Source of the DNA: Selaginella moellendorffii
Lineage: Eukaryota; Plantae; Lycopodiophyta
Reading direction: 5' to 3'
Assembly (NCBI RefSeq): GCF_000143415.4
Contig: NW_003314271.1
Location: 2,857,729-2,921,728, forward strand
DNA: 64,000 nucleotides
The translations under genes and the position numbers were made by a program. Shown piece by piece: positions 39,430 through 52,572 of the stretch; position 1 is the stretch's first letter, and each line of letters starts with the position of its first letter. The notes under the pieces are model-generated. The model was not told the origin of the DNA and did not search any database. It worked only from the letters and a program-made list of their open reading frames with translations.

Positions 39430-40145
39430 TTACCAGAGGTAGCGATGAAATCCTCGCTGTAAGGCGAACAGGTCGATAAGATAAAATGTTGGAAAGAACG
39501 GAGGCTGAAAGCCGACGATGAGCGGTGTTGGAATGTTGAAGCTATACCGCATCATGCAGTACAAGGAGCATCTCCCACCTCCACCCCTGACCAAACATTT
39601 GCATCTGTCGGGTCGAATCCATGGGCTTCGAGAGCAGAATAAGTTCTTGCGCTTAACCTGTGCCCCCTGGGTCCAAACGAAAATCCGTAGTGCGGGTTAG
39701 GTATGCCAAGTTGATTTTCCGAGTAAACCATTCTGTCCGTGGACCGATCCCAGAACTTCAAACCTATGACGAAGTTTGGTGAGGTCTGAAGAATCGTTTC
39801 ACAACGATTTAGTAGATTCGAGAAGGATTGGGTGTTACCCACTTCTATGACACCACTAGCCGCGTACCCCATCCAGCCCAAGTTATTTGCTCGATAAAAC
39901 TGGACATCAGGCTGTCTTCTATTTGGCAATGACACTGCGCCTAGAGCTCCGGCAAAACCATCCGCGTAGAATACAAAGCTCCTGCATATCATGTATATCA
40001 CACCTTCGTGGCTAATACTCGTGGGCATTTTTCTTGCTCGACTTGGTTTAGTAGCCGCTGGTGATCGATCCTCGTCCGCCTTTACCAGATCGGCACCATG
40101 CCTAGTGCTCGATGTCCCTGCCTGAAGAATGCGGAAACTCCTCAA
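39430..40145 (-). pseudogene. Second Uma2/Crinkler-type PD-(D/E)xK nuclease-like gene, frameshifted near 39552
   Basis: SISHE, RRQPD, VIEVGNTQS, VIGLK, FSFG, SGVEVGDAPC. After the TGA at 39552 a shifted frame continues MRYSFNIPTPL...YLIDLFALQRGFHRYLW* (stop 39430), matching the C-terminus of 37437-38330. Confidence 0.6.
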
Positions 40146-40164
40146 ACCGGTGCCTTCCTTAGAC

Positions 40165-40582
40165 AGCTAGCGTCGGCCACCTCTCCGCCTCTACCGCATT
40201 GAGCGCCTTTCTCCATCGCCTACCGCAGCCAGCGCCGGCCGGGCGATACCTCCGCCTCTACCAAGCTACTCCGCTAGCGCTGGCCGGGCGATCGGTGTCC
40301 CGGCCTAAGCCTCTACCTGGACCAAGGCTCTACGCCTTTCTCCAGCGGGCGATCGAAGACTCCTGGCACCTCCGCCTCTGCCAAATCGGGGCCTTTCTCC
40401 AAGCGCCGGCCAGGAATGCTTCGGAAGCGCCCATCCGAGAGAGCGGCAGCAAGAAATTCCACAGCTAGCGCCGGCCGAGCGATAGGTGTCCCTGTGAGAG
40501 ACTCCTCACACCTCCGCCTCCACCAAAGCCGCGACTTTCTCGATCGAATGCAGTGCCGCGAGCGAGCGCTGGCCGGGCGATG
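40165..40582. repeat. GC-rich imperfect repeat array (CCTCCGCCTCTACC / AGCGCYGGCCGRGCGAT units)
   Basis: Each motif recurs about 4 times, interleaved. Confidence 0.7.
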
Positions 40583-41813
40583 CATGCTGCTGCTTGGAGT
40601 GTGCTAAAGACTCACGCCTTCGCATGAAGAGGCACCAGAAGAGGTAAGAGAAGTAGAAGAGGAAGAAGAAGAAGAAGAGAAGCGGATGAAGAGCGCCAGC
40701 CGAGATGATCCATCAAAGCATTTCCCGAGAGACCGCGCAGCCCGCGCCAAGACCTTCTTCCCTCTTCCAAGCACAAGCTCCGGGGAAAGAATATACAAAA
40801 CGATGCTTCTTTTAAACATACTAACGGGTTTGACTGTTGAACTGCGTGGACTCAGTAAACCGTGATTTACCTTGTCCAGGCTTCCATTCTCGCTATCTTG
40901 CGGGTGAGACGGAAATGGAGGGCTCGGAGGCTTCGAGGGAGAACACAGGCCATCTTGGGCTTGGGCGAAGCTAGAGTTGCGATTCAGTACAAGTCCCTCT
41001 TGCTCGAACTCTCTTCGAATTGGCCCCAAAAGCATCTTAGCTACGCAAGCTGCGGGGAGGAGAAGCGGTTGTCCATGCCGCTGCCTTTGCTCCCAGGAAA
41101 GCCATGGAAGTTATCGTTCGATCTGGAGGATCATGTTGCCAATCCAGCTCTAACTCGATCGCAAATGAAAGTGAGCCAAGAAACTTGAGACATGCAAGTA
41201 GACTACAAGCCAAGAACGTGGAGGGAATACCACGAATGAAATAGCTATAAGCGTTTTGAAACTGTGGATCTATCTATACAAGAATGGGTCTGCGGCTTGA
41301 CCCTGAGATTGACGAGTACCACCACAACCATCTGTCGAGAGGATGGAATCTCCAAACGTTTTCTCGTGGAGCATTATGATCGTCGACAACGGCCTCGCCG
41401 AGCTCTACCACTGGATGGATCATCAAGGCGTCAGGCTCGACACCCCAGGAAGAGATCGTCCAGGCCGCTGTCGACGATCTCAGCAGCGTGATGATCTGTA
41501 AAATCTACCCTGATCACATGAACAAAGAATTATTGCTGTTGTCAAGCAAATCAGTTGTCCATCTTGTAGGTACACTGTGACGAGTAGAAAAGGTGCCAGT
41601 CATTCTCCTGGAAAAATGCCTGAAAATGATAAGCTTGAGCAAGTTACAAAAATTTCCAAACTCCGGCAAGCATAATCTTTAAGAAAGGATCTGAGAGGAA
41701 TGAACTTCCACCGGTTTGCTCAATCTGATAGAAACAATAGAAACACCATGAGTTAGCAATGACCTGCAAACTGGAAATCTATGCTAGATTATTCACGCTG
41801 TGCCAATTACAAG

Positions 41814-43476
41814 TTAGCAGTCGTAGTTGTTATTGAGACTATTCCTGAGGATGGAGAGGTGGCCATCTCGGATCATCACTTCCTCCTCCAGTTCGTGGAC
41901 CCTCCGCTTCAACACCTCCGCCTCGGCGCTCATCCGGAGCGCTTCGTGCCCCAGCTGCTCGGCCTCCCTCTTCATCCCCTCGCGCTGCCGGATCACCCGC
42001 GGCATCTCCTCCCTGTACCGATTCAACTCTTGCAGCGCGTGCTTGAGCTCCACCTCCAGCGATCCCACCTTTTGACCCCTCTCTTTCACCTGGAACAAAG
42101 GCGGGTTTGTAAGAATCGCATCCCACAACATGGATTGATTCGTTACCTGGAGCTCCAGCTCGGAGATCCTGTCCGTGGCACTCTCCAGCAGCCTTCGCAA
42201 GCGAGACGCTTCGCTCTGGGCGCTGCTTTGCGCGTGGAATTTCTCCTGGACGTACTTGAGCTTGTCCTTGACCTGTGCAAAGAAGTTAGAAAGGAAAGGA
42301 AAAACCTCCAAGAGCGCTGTTGCTTACCTGCTTAAGTTCCTCCTCCCTTGCTCGCTTTCGGGCGTCCTCGTCTTTCACTCTAGTTTGCAGCTCCGTCAGC
42401 TCCCTCTCCTTCCCACGGTAGAGCCTGAAAAGCTCCTCGTTTCTGCCAGTCAGCCGCTGGATCCGGCTGTTTTGCGTGTTCAAGGCGTGCGTCATGTCAC
42501 TCAGGCTCTGCTGGAGGCCCTCGATGATCTGCTTCCCGTTTCCACCACCACCACCTTTGCTCGCGCTGTGACTGGCGATGGACTCGGAGCTCCGAGGTGG
42601 AGTCTGAGGAACTGGCGGGAGCAAGCGCTTTGAAAGCTCCTTCGTCTTGGAAGTGTTCCCCCGGATCGCCTTGGCCAGCCTCTCGGCCACAGCTCGAGCG
42701 CTGAGATACCTCACCTGAGCCTTGTCACTGGTGGTCGTAACCACGGTACCTCTGGACGACCAATCGCTGAAGGAGTGCGACCGAGGATTCGACATGATCG
42801 ACGCGCCGTCGTTGGAGGAACGAGAAAGCGATCTCGAGAACTTCGGCCTGGGTAAGTCCACCGAGTGCGATACCAAGTCCACCGACTGCGATACATCCGA
42901 CGACGTAGAGGACAAGTTCTCCAGCATAGCGATCGAAGGAGGCGATGTTGCCGGGCTCGGGGGCTCGCTCACGTACTTTGATCGCAGCTCTTGCCTGCTC
43001 TCCACGACCAGCTGATCCAGAGCCGCCTGTAAGCCACTCGTCCACTCGCACGGCTCGGGCGAAGGAGCCGCGTTGATAGATGGTCGTAGAATCTGCTTGT
43101 CCTGGCACTCCTCTGGCAGCCCAAGCCGGAACTGGGACATGGCTTCCTCGGAGCTGGGACCATCCCTCGTGAATGAAACGTTCTCATCGCCGCTGGGAGG
43201 AGTGTCACACCTCTCTGCCTCCTCCGATGGACCCGACGGGCACGACGGGCACCAATGCGTGCGCCGGTTTCGATCGCTGATTGACGACCGCCTCAGGCTT
43301 TCTTGGTTCTTGCTATCCGGGGCCGAGAGAGCGGCGGCGGCGGCGGCGTTGGCAGCCGAGGCGGCGGGAGACCTCTCCTTCCTCATTGGCTGCTTGACCC
43401 TGGCGAGATCATCCTTTCTGCCGGGGAGAATCCTATCATCCTTAGCCGAATTCCTTCCCGGGAAGATCCTCCGCAT
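41814..43476 (-). CDS. Plant coiled-coil (myosin heavy chain-related) protein, 2 exons
   Basis: Ser-rich N-terminal half, ARAVAERLAK, long heptad-rich C-terminus ending VHELEEEVMIRDGHLSILRNSL; one GT-AG intron at ~42273-42327. Confidence 0.7.
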
Positions 43477-44071
43477 GATCGAAGAAAAGGAAAGGACCAG
43501 AAAAGGGAAGAAGATCGCTGCCGGGATGACCGAAATATAGAGAAAAGGGAGCCAAAAAGGGAAGAGAGCGCTACGGCGGCGGCGGCGAGAAGGAGAAGAG
43601 CGGCAGGCTGAAGAATCCAAGCGATCCAGCTCGCATATTTCGGGAAGAAATAGGGATTGTACCTCCGAGCACGCGCAGGTGGATCGATCGCGCGCTTCGT
43701 GGCCGCCAATGCTTGCGCCAAGACTAAAACCCTAGAGGGACCCCGCCCTTGTGAAGAAGCCAAGAATTAGGGCTGCCAGGGAAAAGCGAGGGGTCCACGA
43801 CCATGGATGATCATGCATTGCCTTGATTTCACACCCTATTTGGGACAGTGGCCGAAATCCGCCAGCTGCCAGGGAGTGAGAACGCCATCGATTTTGGAAG
43901 AGAAAAGAAAATTTGGGCCATCGTGAATAGCCATTGCTCTCGCGTGCCGAGTGACCGTTGGCCCAATTTTAAATGTAAAAAGTTTATTCTCAGGCATATT
44001 CTACAGAGTATATTCGCCAAGCAGATTCTACAAAGAGTATATTCCTTTTTATGCGCACCGTGCCTTCAGTT

Positions 44072-45247
44072 CTAACTGGACTTCTTATCACAGCTATCGC
44101 CGACCCAGCCGCCGGTTTCTTCGCCAAGTTTGTTCTTCGTGATCTGCGAGGAACATCGAAGTATAGAGCGATGAGAGATAAAAAAACAAAAGAGAAAAAA
44201 AAAGAGAGAGAAGACTCTTTACCTTCATCAGGCTCTTCTGGTATCGATATCCCTGTTGGAACCAACGTAAGCGCCAGGAAAAACTAGAGACTTGCATGAT
44301 CCATACCTTGTCCGTGCCATACAAGTAGTCGCAGTACGTGAAAACCGACGCAAAGTTACTCTGGCTCTTGCCTCCAACAAAATGGTGGTAGTCGTGATAC
44401 TCAGCTCCGCCGTAGAAAGGAATGAACTTCGTGAAGCTCCACGGGAAATCGTACCTGTGTCAAAAACGATCGATCATCTTGAGACAAAAGGAACTTCTTT
44501 AGATCTTTCTCCATTACCCGCTGTGAGTTTCCATAGCCTCGATATGTCGCAACGCAATCCAGAGCCATAGAGTAACCATATGACCAGGAACTAGAGCCGG
44601 ACCTACAAAAGATGGAATTCCCAAAACCAGTATCTCGGCCCAGTGAGCATACGGGGCCGCGAAGCTCATCGGCGCCGTGAACTCATGGTGCAAGTAGTGG
44701 ATGTTCTTGTATCCCCAGCCGCAGTGGAGCCAGCGATGGATCCAGTAGTTCCCATAGTCCTCGATCAAAAAATACACCGCGAGCTGGCTGACAATCTCCC
44801 CGCAAGACGGCAGTGGAAGGCTCGTCCGGAATCCCAGCATCTGTGCTGTGCATCCACCACGAAAGAATTAAGAACCCGGAAGAACAAACCAGATGGAAGA
44901 ACGAGAAAAAAACTTACCTTAACCATGGGATAAGAGAGGAGCTGGAGAGGCCCGACCACCGTGCAAAAGGACCAAATCACGCTCTTGTAGCAGCGAAGAG
45001 CGTCGCTGATCGTAGTGTGGACGCCCGGCTGGAGCTTGAATCGCTCGAAGGCTCTCACCTTGAGAACGTCGAGGATGACCGTGGGAAGTGGAAGAACAGT
45101 GAAGTTTACAAAGAGATAAACGATGTTGAGGCAGTAGAGGAAATAATCGCTGCGATTGGCCGTGTGCTGGAGCCACAGCGTCTCCAGGAACGTTAGCGGC
45201 CGCCCCAGCGCCGCCTGGGCCTCTACGGCGGTGGAATAGGGAAGCAT
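44072..45247 (-). CDS. SMO1: Sterol 4-alpha-methyl oxidase 1 (methylsterol monooxygenase)
   Basis: MLPYSTAVEAQAALGRPLT N-terminus; His boxes HRWLH, HYLHH and HDYHH; ETHSGYDFPW; C-terminal KKSS ER-retrieval motif. Confidence 0.94.
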
Positions 45248-45522
45248 TGTCGATCGCGCTCGATCGCTGCAAGAAAAGAATAGCAGGACCTCCAATCAGC
45301 TTGTGGTTGCGCGTGGCGCGATTCAATCACAGATTGAGCTTGCAGACCTGGAGATCCGATTGCGCAGCGATGATCTCACAATTCCGAGCCGCGACAAGCC
45401 ATGGAGCCCTAAGTTCGTGGCAGAAATAATATCAAATAGGAGGAATCGACGGCTCGGAAACCCGTTATCCACGTGGCAAGCGATCGCTTAAATATCACGA
45501 ACTTAGGGTTTATGTGAAAGAA

Positions 45523-46521
45523 ATGGAGGCTCTTCCTCCAGCGAGAGCCTTGCCCGGCTTCTCTGGATTCATGCCGCGGCGCTGCGCCAGGTCGATTGCC
45601 GTGAGGTCCAGCTTTGTCGATGGTCTCCAGACGCTCGGATCGCTCAGGTGAGAGCTTTGCCCCTTGAGCTATCGCATTGGCTAGAGCTCCTGCCGATGAG
45701 ATATTGTCATCAGGAGTGTAGAATCGAATGCAAGATCTGTGCTCCTCGCGCTGAGCGGCGGCGTGAATCGCCAGAGTCCGTCGCTCGAGTGATTTTGTGG
45801 AGCTAAAATCCATGCTTTTCTTCTTAGATTTCGTGGTTTCTATTGCTCATTGCATGCGGATTTTCCGAAGGACTGACTCGTGACTTTTTCTTTCAGTATG
45901 AGAAAGCCTTACGAAGTGAAGCTCAAAGTCCGGGACTATGAGCTAGATCAGTATGGAGTCGTCAATAACGCGATCTATGCGAGCTACTGCCAGCATGGTA
46001 AACGATTCTAAGTTTCTGTAGAGCGCTCCAAACAAGCTCGAGCTTCTTTTTTTTTTTTTTCTAGTACGGCACGAGCTCTTCGAGGAGATGGGAATCAACG
46101 CAGACTCCATCGCTAGAACTGGCGAGGCGCTTGCGCTGTCGGACCTCTCGATGAAATTCCTCTCTCCTTTACGAGTACGTGCAAACTTCTCTTGCAAACT
46201 GTGATTGCAAGAGTTTTGATTCGCTCGAGACAGCCAGAGCGGTGAGGACTTTGTGGTCACTGCCAGGATCAGCAGCTCGTCGGCCGCTAGGATCTTCTTC
46301 GAGCAAACCATCTACAAGCTTCCAAACCAAGAGGTGATTCTTGTCCTGTGAAGTCTCCAGGAACTAAAATCTTCTCCTTTCTTCCACAGGCAGTTTTGGA
46401 GGCCAAGGCTACCGCCGTTTGCCTGGATAGGAACTACAAGCCTGTGAGAGTCCCGGCAAACTTTAAATCGAAGCTCAACCTCTTTCTTCGATCTCAAGAA
46501 GAGGCCGATGAACAGGATTGA
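45523..46521 (+). CDS. ALT: Acyl-lipid thioesterase (ALT/MKS2-like, single hotdog fold), plastid-targeted
   Basis: Transit-like exon 1 spliced to [65 protein letters not shown]. Confidence 0.9.
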
Positions 46522-46618
46522 AAGATCGCATAGCACAATAAGACCAGAGATTTCTCGAGTAAGAAAAACGATGCATTTACCTGTCCTGTTGTAACAACAT
46601 TGATAGTTACATATACAA

Positions 46619-49100
46619 TCAAGCATCCTCTTGCAAGTGGTGATGCACATCGTTTTGGCTGTCGAGCGGCATGTACTGTGCCATGATAGCTCTAATCTCC
46701 GAATCCATGTAAGACTACAGGAAAAGTTTCCAGTAGAGAACGTTAAGTTTTGCTGGATCAAGCAATCACGAATTGATATTACCCGGAGCCTGTATTTGTA
46801 AACAACGTAGCCAGCGATAGCGGCAGCTGAGAGTCCACCAAGAACAGTGAAGATGACAACCCAGCCAACTTTCGCGGTGGAGCCTTTCTTGCCTGGAAAG
46901 CGAAAGAAACCAATAAAATCAAGCCTGTGGAAACGTCCCAAGGAACTTACTTATGCAAGTATCGTGTTCTCGCATGTAAAGAAGATCACCGCTGCAAGAG
47001 CAGTCATAGCTACCGTACGTGTTCTTGCAAGTACAATCCGGGCACTGGCAGGCGACGCGCTCACGACATTCATCGATGTCTGGGGAGAGAATCACGGGAA
47101 ATTATATAAGAACGTTGAAAGCTTTTTGGTTTGTGCTCACCTTCGCAAGTGTTAAAACCGTCTCCCTTGAAACCGGCGGGGCACTGGCATCCTTTCAATT
47201 GTCTATCCTGCATGCGTAAACTTTGTTTGTAAAGAGTCCTGCTAGATAATTTTCTTACCGAGCATGCTGTATGAGTTACACCATTTCGAGTATGCTGCCA
47301 GCATCCTCCATTATTAAGTTTGCATCTCCCAGGTCCGAGAGCTAAACAACGCAGTACATTAGAACTATCACAGAGAAGATAGATTTCACAAGTACCTTCA
47401 CAGTGACTGTATCCATCTCCGCTGTACTGCACGCCCTGCACAATGGGACACTCGCACACTCTTCCACGGAAAGTATCCTGCAAAGACGAAAAAGCTGACT
47501 GCAAACAAGAATAAAATCTGATAACTTACTTTACATGCGGTGACGTTCGCGCTCTTGTCCTGCCAGCATCCCCCATTGTTCGTAAGGCATTCGTTTGTTT
47601 GCATATCTGAAAAAACCTTCAACGGAAGAGTCCTTGAATGATCGGAATCTACCTTCACTCAAACAGACGGCTGGCTCTGTAGTTTCTTGGAAACCCGAAC
47701 AAATAGCTTTCAGCACCGCGGCTTTATCCAGCTTGCCTGCACCAAAGATATATCAGTAAGACTCTCCAAGGACTCTAGTGATACCTCTATACTGCCTGTT
47801 ATTCACGATTAGTGTTGGTAAAATGGTAACGTCACCACGGCTGCCATGTCCCACCTGTGCTTCGAATGTAAGAGAAAATTATGCCTATTAGACACCACAA
47901 ACCTGAGCGTCTTGCTCGGATTTCAAAACAGCATTATCCTTGTCGTCGTTTGGATTCCCCATACAGTCGCGCACCTTGTGCACAGGAATATCTGGAAGAG
48001 GCCAACATTAGAAACAGTTTTCAGCTGAAATAAGTGAAGACAAGCAGGTTCTTACCCAAAGCCTTGAGAACGTCCTCCGCGCAAGCCTCATTGTACTTCA
48101 TCTCCTTCATAGGACACCGGATCTGGAAATCAGTAACGTAGTCCCACCATACCCACGGTTTCCTCTCCTCGGTAGCAACCTTGAAAACGCAGAGCTGCCT
48201 GAGATTCTCTACCACTACATCTTTTCCATCGTAGCCACGGTTAAAGTCTTGTTCTGGATCCGGCGCGCAGTATCGTCCATGATTGATGCACTGGGACTTG
48301 CACTGTTTACTCAAGATGAACGCTTGAGGACAGTACCAGGTAATGTAGTGAGGAGTGAACAGTGTGTAGCCACCTCGCTCAAGAATCTGTGCTGCTCCCT
48401 TGTAGTTCTTCACGAATTCCTTCTGTGCATCACACTTCGGTCCGCACTCGTCGTTGCTATTGGTCCAGAACTCGTATTCCACCCTGTCGTCCGGATGTGG
48501 AAGCGACTCCCTCCAGTCAAGGTTGATGTTCACCATCTCGTTGTCCGAGAGAGCCCTCTTGAGCTTATCCGCGAAACTTTTCTCGATCAAAGCCGAAGGG
48601 ATCGTGATGTTTTCCACGTACTCGGACGCCGCAGAGTCCTCCTCTGGAGAGTCCATGGTGATCAGAGGCTCGGATCTATCATCCGCAACCAGTACAGCAG
48701 CCGCTCCAGCGTTTTGTGCGTTCCAAACCTTCAAAGCGAAGTAACAATCTGGAGAGAACAAATTTAGTAGAATTGAGCAGCAAAATGGAAGAATCGTGGG
48801 CTCACCTCCTCGATCGACAAGCACCACGTTGGGAAGCCCACCGGATTTCCTCCTGAAAGTATCGGAATCACTGTACGGTTTGCATGCCATCCTCGAATCC
48901 TTCGGATAAGTCACAGTTCCAACCATAGTCCCACCATACTGTGGAACACCAAAATTCCCAATAGCGCTATCGTACGTGCCTTTGAGCGAATCTGGCGAGG
49001 TCACGCTGAGACTGTTCTTCTCCACCAGGAATTTTCCATGCACGTCTGGCGCTACTAGCAGCAGCAGTAGCAAAATTGAGAGAGTAGACCATGCATCCAT
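46619..49100 (-). CDS. VSR: Vacuolar sorting receptor (BP-80 family)
   Basis: Signal peptide, PA domain (VLVDRGDCYFALK), [24 protein letters not shown] repeats, TM segment, cytosolic [17 protein letters not shown]. Confidence 0.96.
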
Positions 49101-49667
49101 CCTTGATTCGCAGTGGAGCGAAATTTGGGCGAAATCCGTGCGGACGAAACACGCTACCGGTCGATACACGGCAGCAACAGCATCAAGACGAGCGAATTAC
49201 AGCCGCATTCCTGGACGCTCTCCTCGATCCTGGAAATCCAAATTTCAATCAAGAGAATGAAAAATCTAGCTCTGGCAGAAAGAGATTCCCGAAGGCGCCG
49301 CTCCCGCGGTGAGATCTTACCTTCCCAGAGATCCGCGGCTCCCCGCCGCTGCCACAGGCCTCGCCCCAAGCCCTAGAGGATGAGAACCCTAGCGATGGAA
49401 CAGCAAGCTTCATTGCCGCATAGCTTCAAAGGCTTTCTTTCAAAATCGTCGGTCTTACATTTGGAGTAAATTAACACTTACTGTCCACGTCATTGTTGAT
49501 CGGGCACCGTATATCCACGAGGAAAACGCACGGGCGCTATTCCGGATCAGAATGCTCTAGCAGATGAAGTGCCTCGTATGGCGCAAAGTCGTCGCTAGAA
49601 TATCCATGAGATGGGAATTCGTCAATGATGCGACACGAGAGCTAGAATTTAATCTAAACTCTCTCTC

Positions 49668-51021
49668 TTAAAATCTTCCACGCGGCACCAGTTTATTCGT
49701 TGTGTTCCCGCGCAAAATTTTGCCCTACAATCCCGACGAAGAGCTTCTCTCCGCCAAGGCGAGGAGGCAAGCGATCGAGGCGCTGATCGTGCAGCCGATG
49801 AGGGGATTTCAGCGTCGATGCGGCATTGATCGCCACCGCGGGCTACAATGCGGAAGAGCTCAAGAAGCTGTGCAACGACTCGGCAGGTTTGCGCGCTATA
49901 GATAGGAACAATTTGGAAGCGCATGGGGGAAGCCTCCGCCAAGATCCATGGGGCCGATCTGGAAGATTTCATGGTAAATCTGGCAGATTTTGATCGAGAC
50001 GAGGCAAAATCTCTGTTTTGTCCAGGAGGCGCGCTTCAAAGGGTGCCTTCTGAGAAGAAATACCGAGAATCGGCTGGGATTCGATCTACGGGCCTACAAA
50101 TCTTCGCAATGAGATTGTATCCTTTTTCTACACAGGAAACTTTCCAGGTGGCTTATATCTATGTCTCGACTCTTGAGGTTAATTGTTTATTGCTTCCATC
50201 TTTCAGTACCTAGGTAGTGGACGAACAAAATTTCGTGACTTGGCAATAGGCACGCAAATTTGTCATAGAGCCGTCACGCATTGGAACACCTTCGATTGTT
50301 ATCGACGCTTGCAACTCTGGCTAAACGCTTCCCCAATTTCTCGCGCGCCGTCTCGAAGTGACGCTGGCAGATTTCAGCAGTGCTCAACCTGAAAGAAACA
50401 CACAGGAGTTTTCCCATCAACTTCCAAGAAGCAAAACCAGGGAACTCACGAGCTCGGAGAGATGACTCCCGCTCAAGCCTTTGAGCTGAGCTGATTTTGC
50501 GAGCTTGGCCAGATCAACTCCGGCTGCCAAAAGCCTCTTAAGCGTGAGAAGGCTTTCCTTCGTCCAGGACGGCTTGGCCACCATGTCCGAATACCTCTTC
50601 CCGATGAAGAGGCTCGCGTGTCCACAGTGAAAGCTCCACTGCCTCAATCCTTGACAAGCACATAGAGCAAAAAAGGTTAGATACAAACTCTAATTGGTAT
50701 AGAGTAGAGAAGTCCTGTTCGACAATCACATCATTCAACTCTTGCAAACCGTCCATCTCCACCAAAAATCGGTTCACAACACGATCAGTTCCTCGTTTTG
50801 AACATAAAGAATCCTCCTGGATAAACGTTTGCTTGAGCGTCGGAACAAACGAAACTGGAGGCTTACCTCATCAAGGCAGATAACACAAAGGCCTAAAGAG
50901 TGTTCTTCGCTGTCTTGTACTTGCCTAATAGCTCAGGCCCTTGAAATCTCGAGCTAGCACGGCATCTTTACCTTGGCACACCACTGCCTTTGCAATCAGT
51001 GTCTTGCCACAGCCAGGAGGC
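49668..51021. pseudogene. Decayed, internally deleted duplicate of the AAA-ATPase pair at 52585-55136
   Basis: Collinear near-identical blocks, e.g. TTAAAATCTTCCACGCGGCA (49668/52585), TTTCAGTACCTAG (~50200/~54178), GCCACAGCCAGGAGGC (ends 51021/55136); frameshifts and deletions. Confidence 0.88.
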
Positions 51022-52320
51022 ATAGGTCGCACCCACCATTAAATTGCTAGTAAATTTAATTGGTAATATGCTAATTATAATAATATGAACTTCACTCCAC
51101 CAATGGTTTAGACCCATATTTATATATAGCAATGGATGGACCCAAATTGATTGAAGATAGTCTCTGAAAAGTACTTAGTATTAGGAATTGTGATTTGTTC
51201 TTATCTCTTGATTTAAACCTATATTATCTTTTTACCAGATTGAAGATTTATAATTATTTACCTATTTTTCCTTTGATCTTCATTGCATTTCAATTAAAGA
51301 GTATATGATTGGAAGTTGTAGTTAATACATCATTGTTGTCATTTGTCAATTGTTTTAATCACACCCGCAAAATAAAAAACACTAAAAATAAGAAAAGATA
51401 TATAATCAATGCTAAAGATAGCAAAACATCAAAAATTAAAATGAATCATGCCACACAACACTAAAAGCTTGATTTGAAGAGAATTCATTGAATAGGAAGA
51501 CAATGTTTACAAGCTTGAGTGATAAAGAATTTAATTATTTTGATGATAATTTTGGAGATAAGTTAAAAATTTCAAGGTAAATGTCAATCCTTTAATTTAC
51601 CATATAATTCTTTTACTTTGTCTTTTGCTCTTTCTTATCCTTTTTTTTTATCTCCCAACCTTTCCTGCAAATTTATAATATTTCTTTTTCATTTGCAGCA
51701 TTTTCTTCTTCTATTATGTTAATCAATTTTGTCTTTTGTGATTCCTATTCTTAATTTAATGTTGAATTGTGTACTTTATAAATAATAAAAAATAAAAATT
51801 TAAAAAATCAATTGAGATTCAAATATAAAGGAAAAGAATTCATAAACAAAAATGCACCCCCTTTCCTTAAGGGTCTTTAGATTTTAAACTCTACAAAAGG
51901 TCATTCAATTCAATATTACTTAAACTTTTAACCTTAGATATCTAAAAGATTACATTTTCCTCATATTAATTTAAATGTAAGGTGTGTTTAAATTGAGAGT
52001 CTTGCTTTTATTTTGTTGGTGAAGTTTTTGAATTTTTTTTTCTTAAATGTTGAATTATGTGTTGAACAAGCTGAATAATGTAAATAATTTTACTTATCTT
52101 GTATTGCCCAAAATACTTTATAAGAAGATATTCTCCATTATTTAGCATTTTTTTAGATATAGTCTTTTATAATAAGAATCCTCCTTCTTATTTCCCTATT
52201 TATGCTTGACAATGCTAATTTTCTTATTTTTTCCTCAAATCTTTTCTTATTTTCTTCAGACAATAGCGTTACTTATCATTCTCACTGTTTCATCTTTTAA
52301 AAGGGAAGGCATGTAATATT
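51022..52320. other. Very AT-rich 1.3-kb non-coding block, probably transposon-derived
   Basis: Abrupt composition switch exactly where the duplicate breaks off; no ORF of 60 aa or more; no termini identified. Confidence 0.45.
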
Positions 52321-52373
<53 letters not shown>

Positions 52374-52404
52374 GTATATATGTATATATATATGTATATA
52401 TGTA

Positions 52405-52447
<43 letters not shown>

Positions 52448-52572
52448 ATATATATATGTATATATGTATATATATGTATATATATATATATGTATATATA
52501 TATGTATATATGTATATATATATGTATATATATATATGTATGTATGTGTATGTATATGTATATCTGTGTGTG
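52321..52572. repeat. Compound microsatellite (CA)n-(TA/TG)n, ~250 bp
   Basis: Directly visible alternating purine-pyrimidine tract. Confidence 0.97.

Noticed and set aside
40604-41491. Acidic-tract ORF pieces vaguely like an F-box-associated fragment
   Set aside because: Interrupted by stops, and the similarity is too weak to call.
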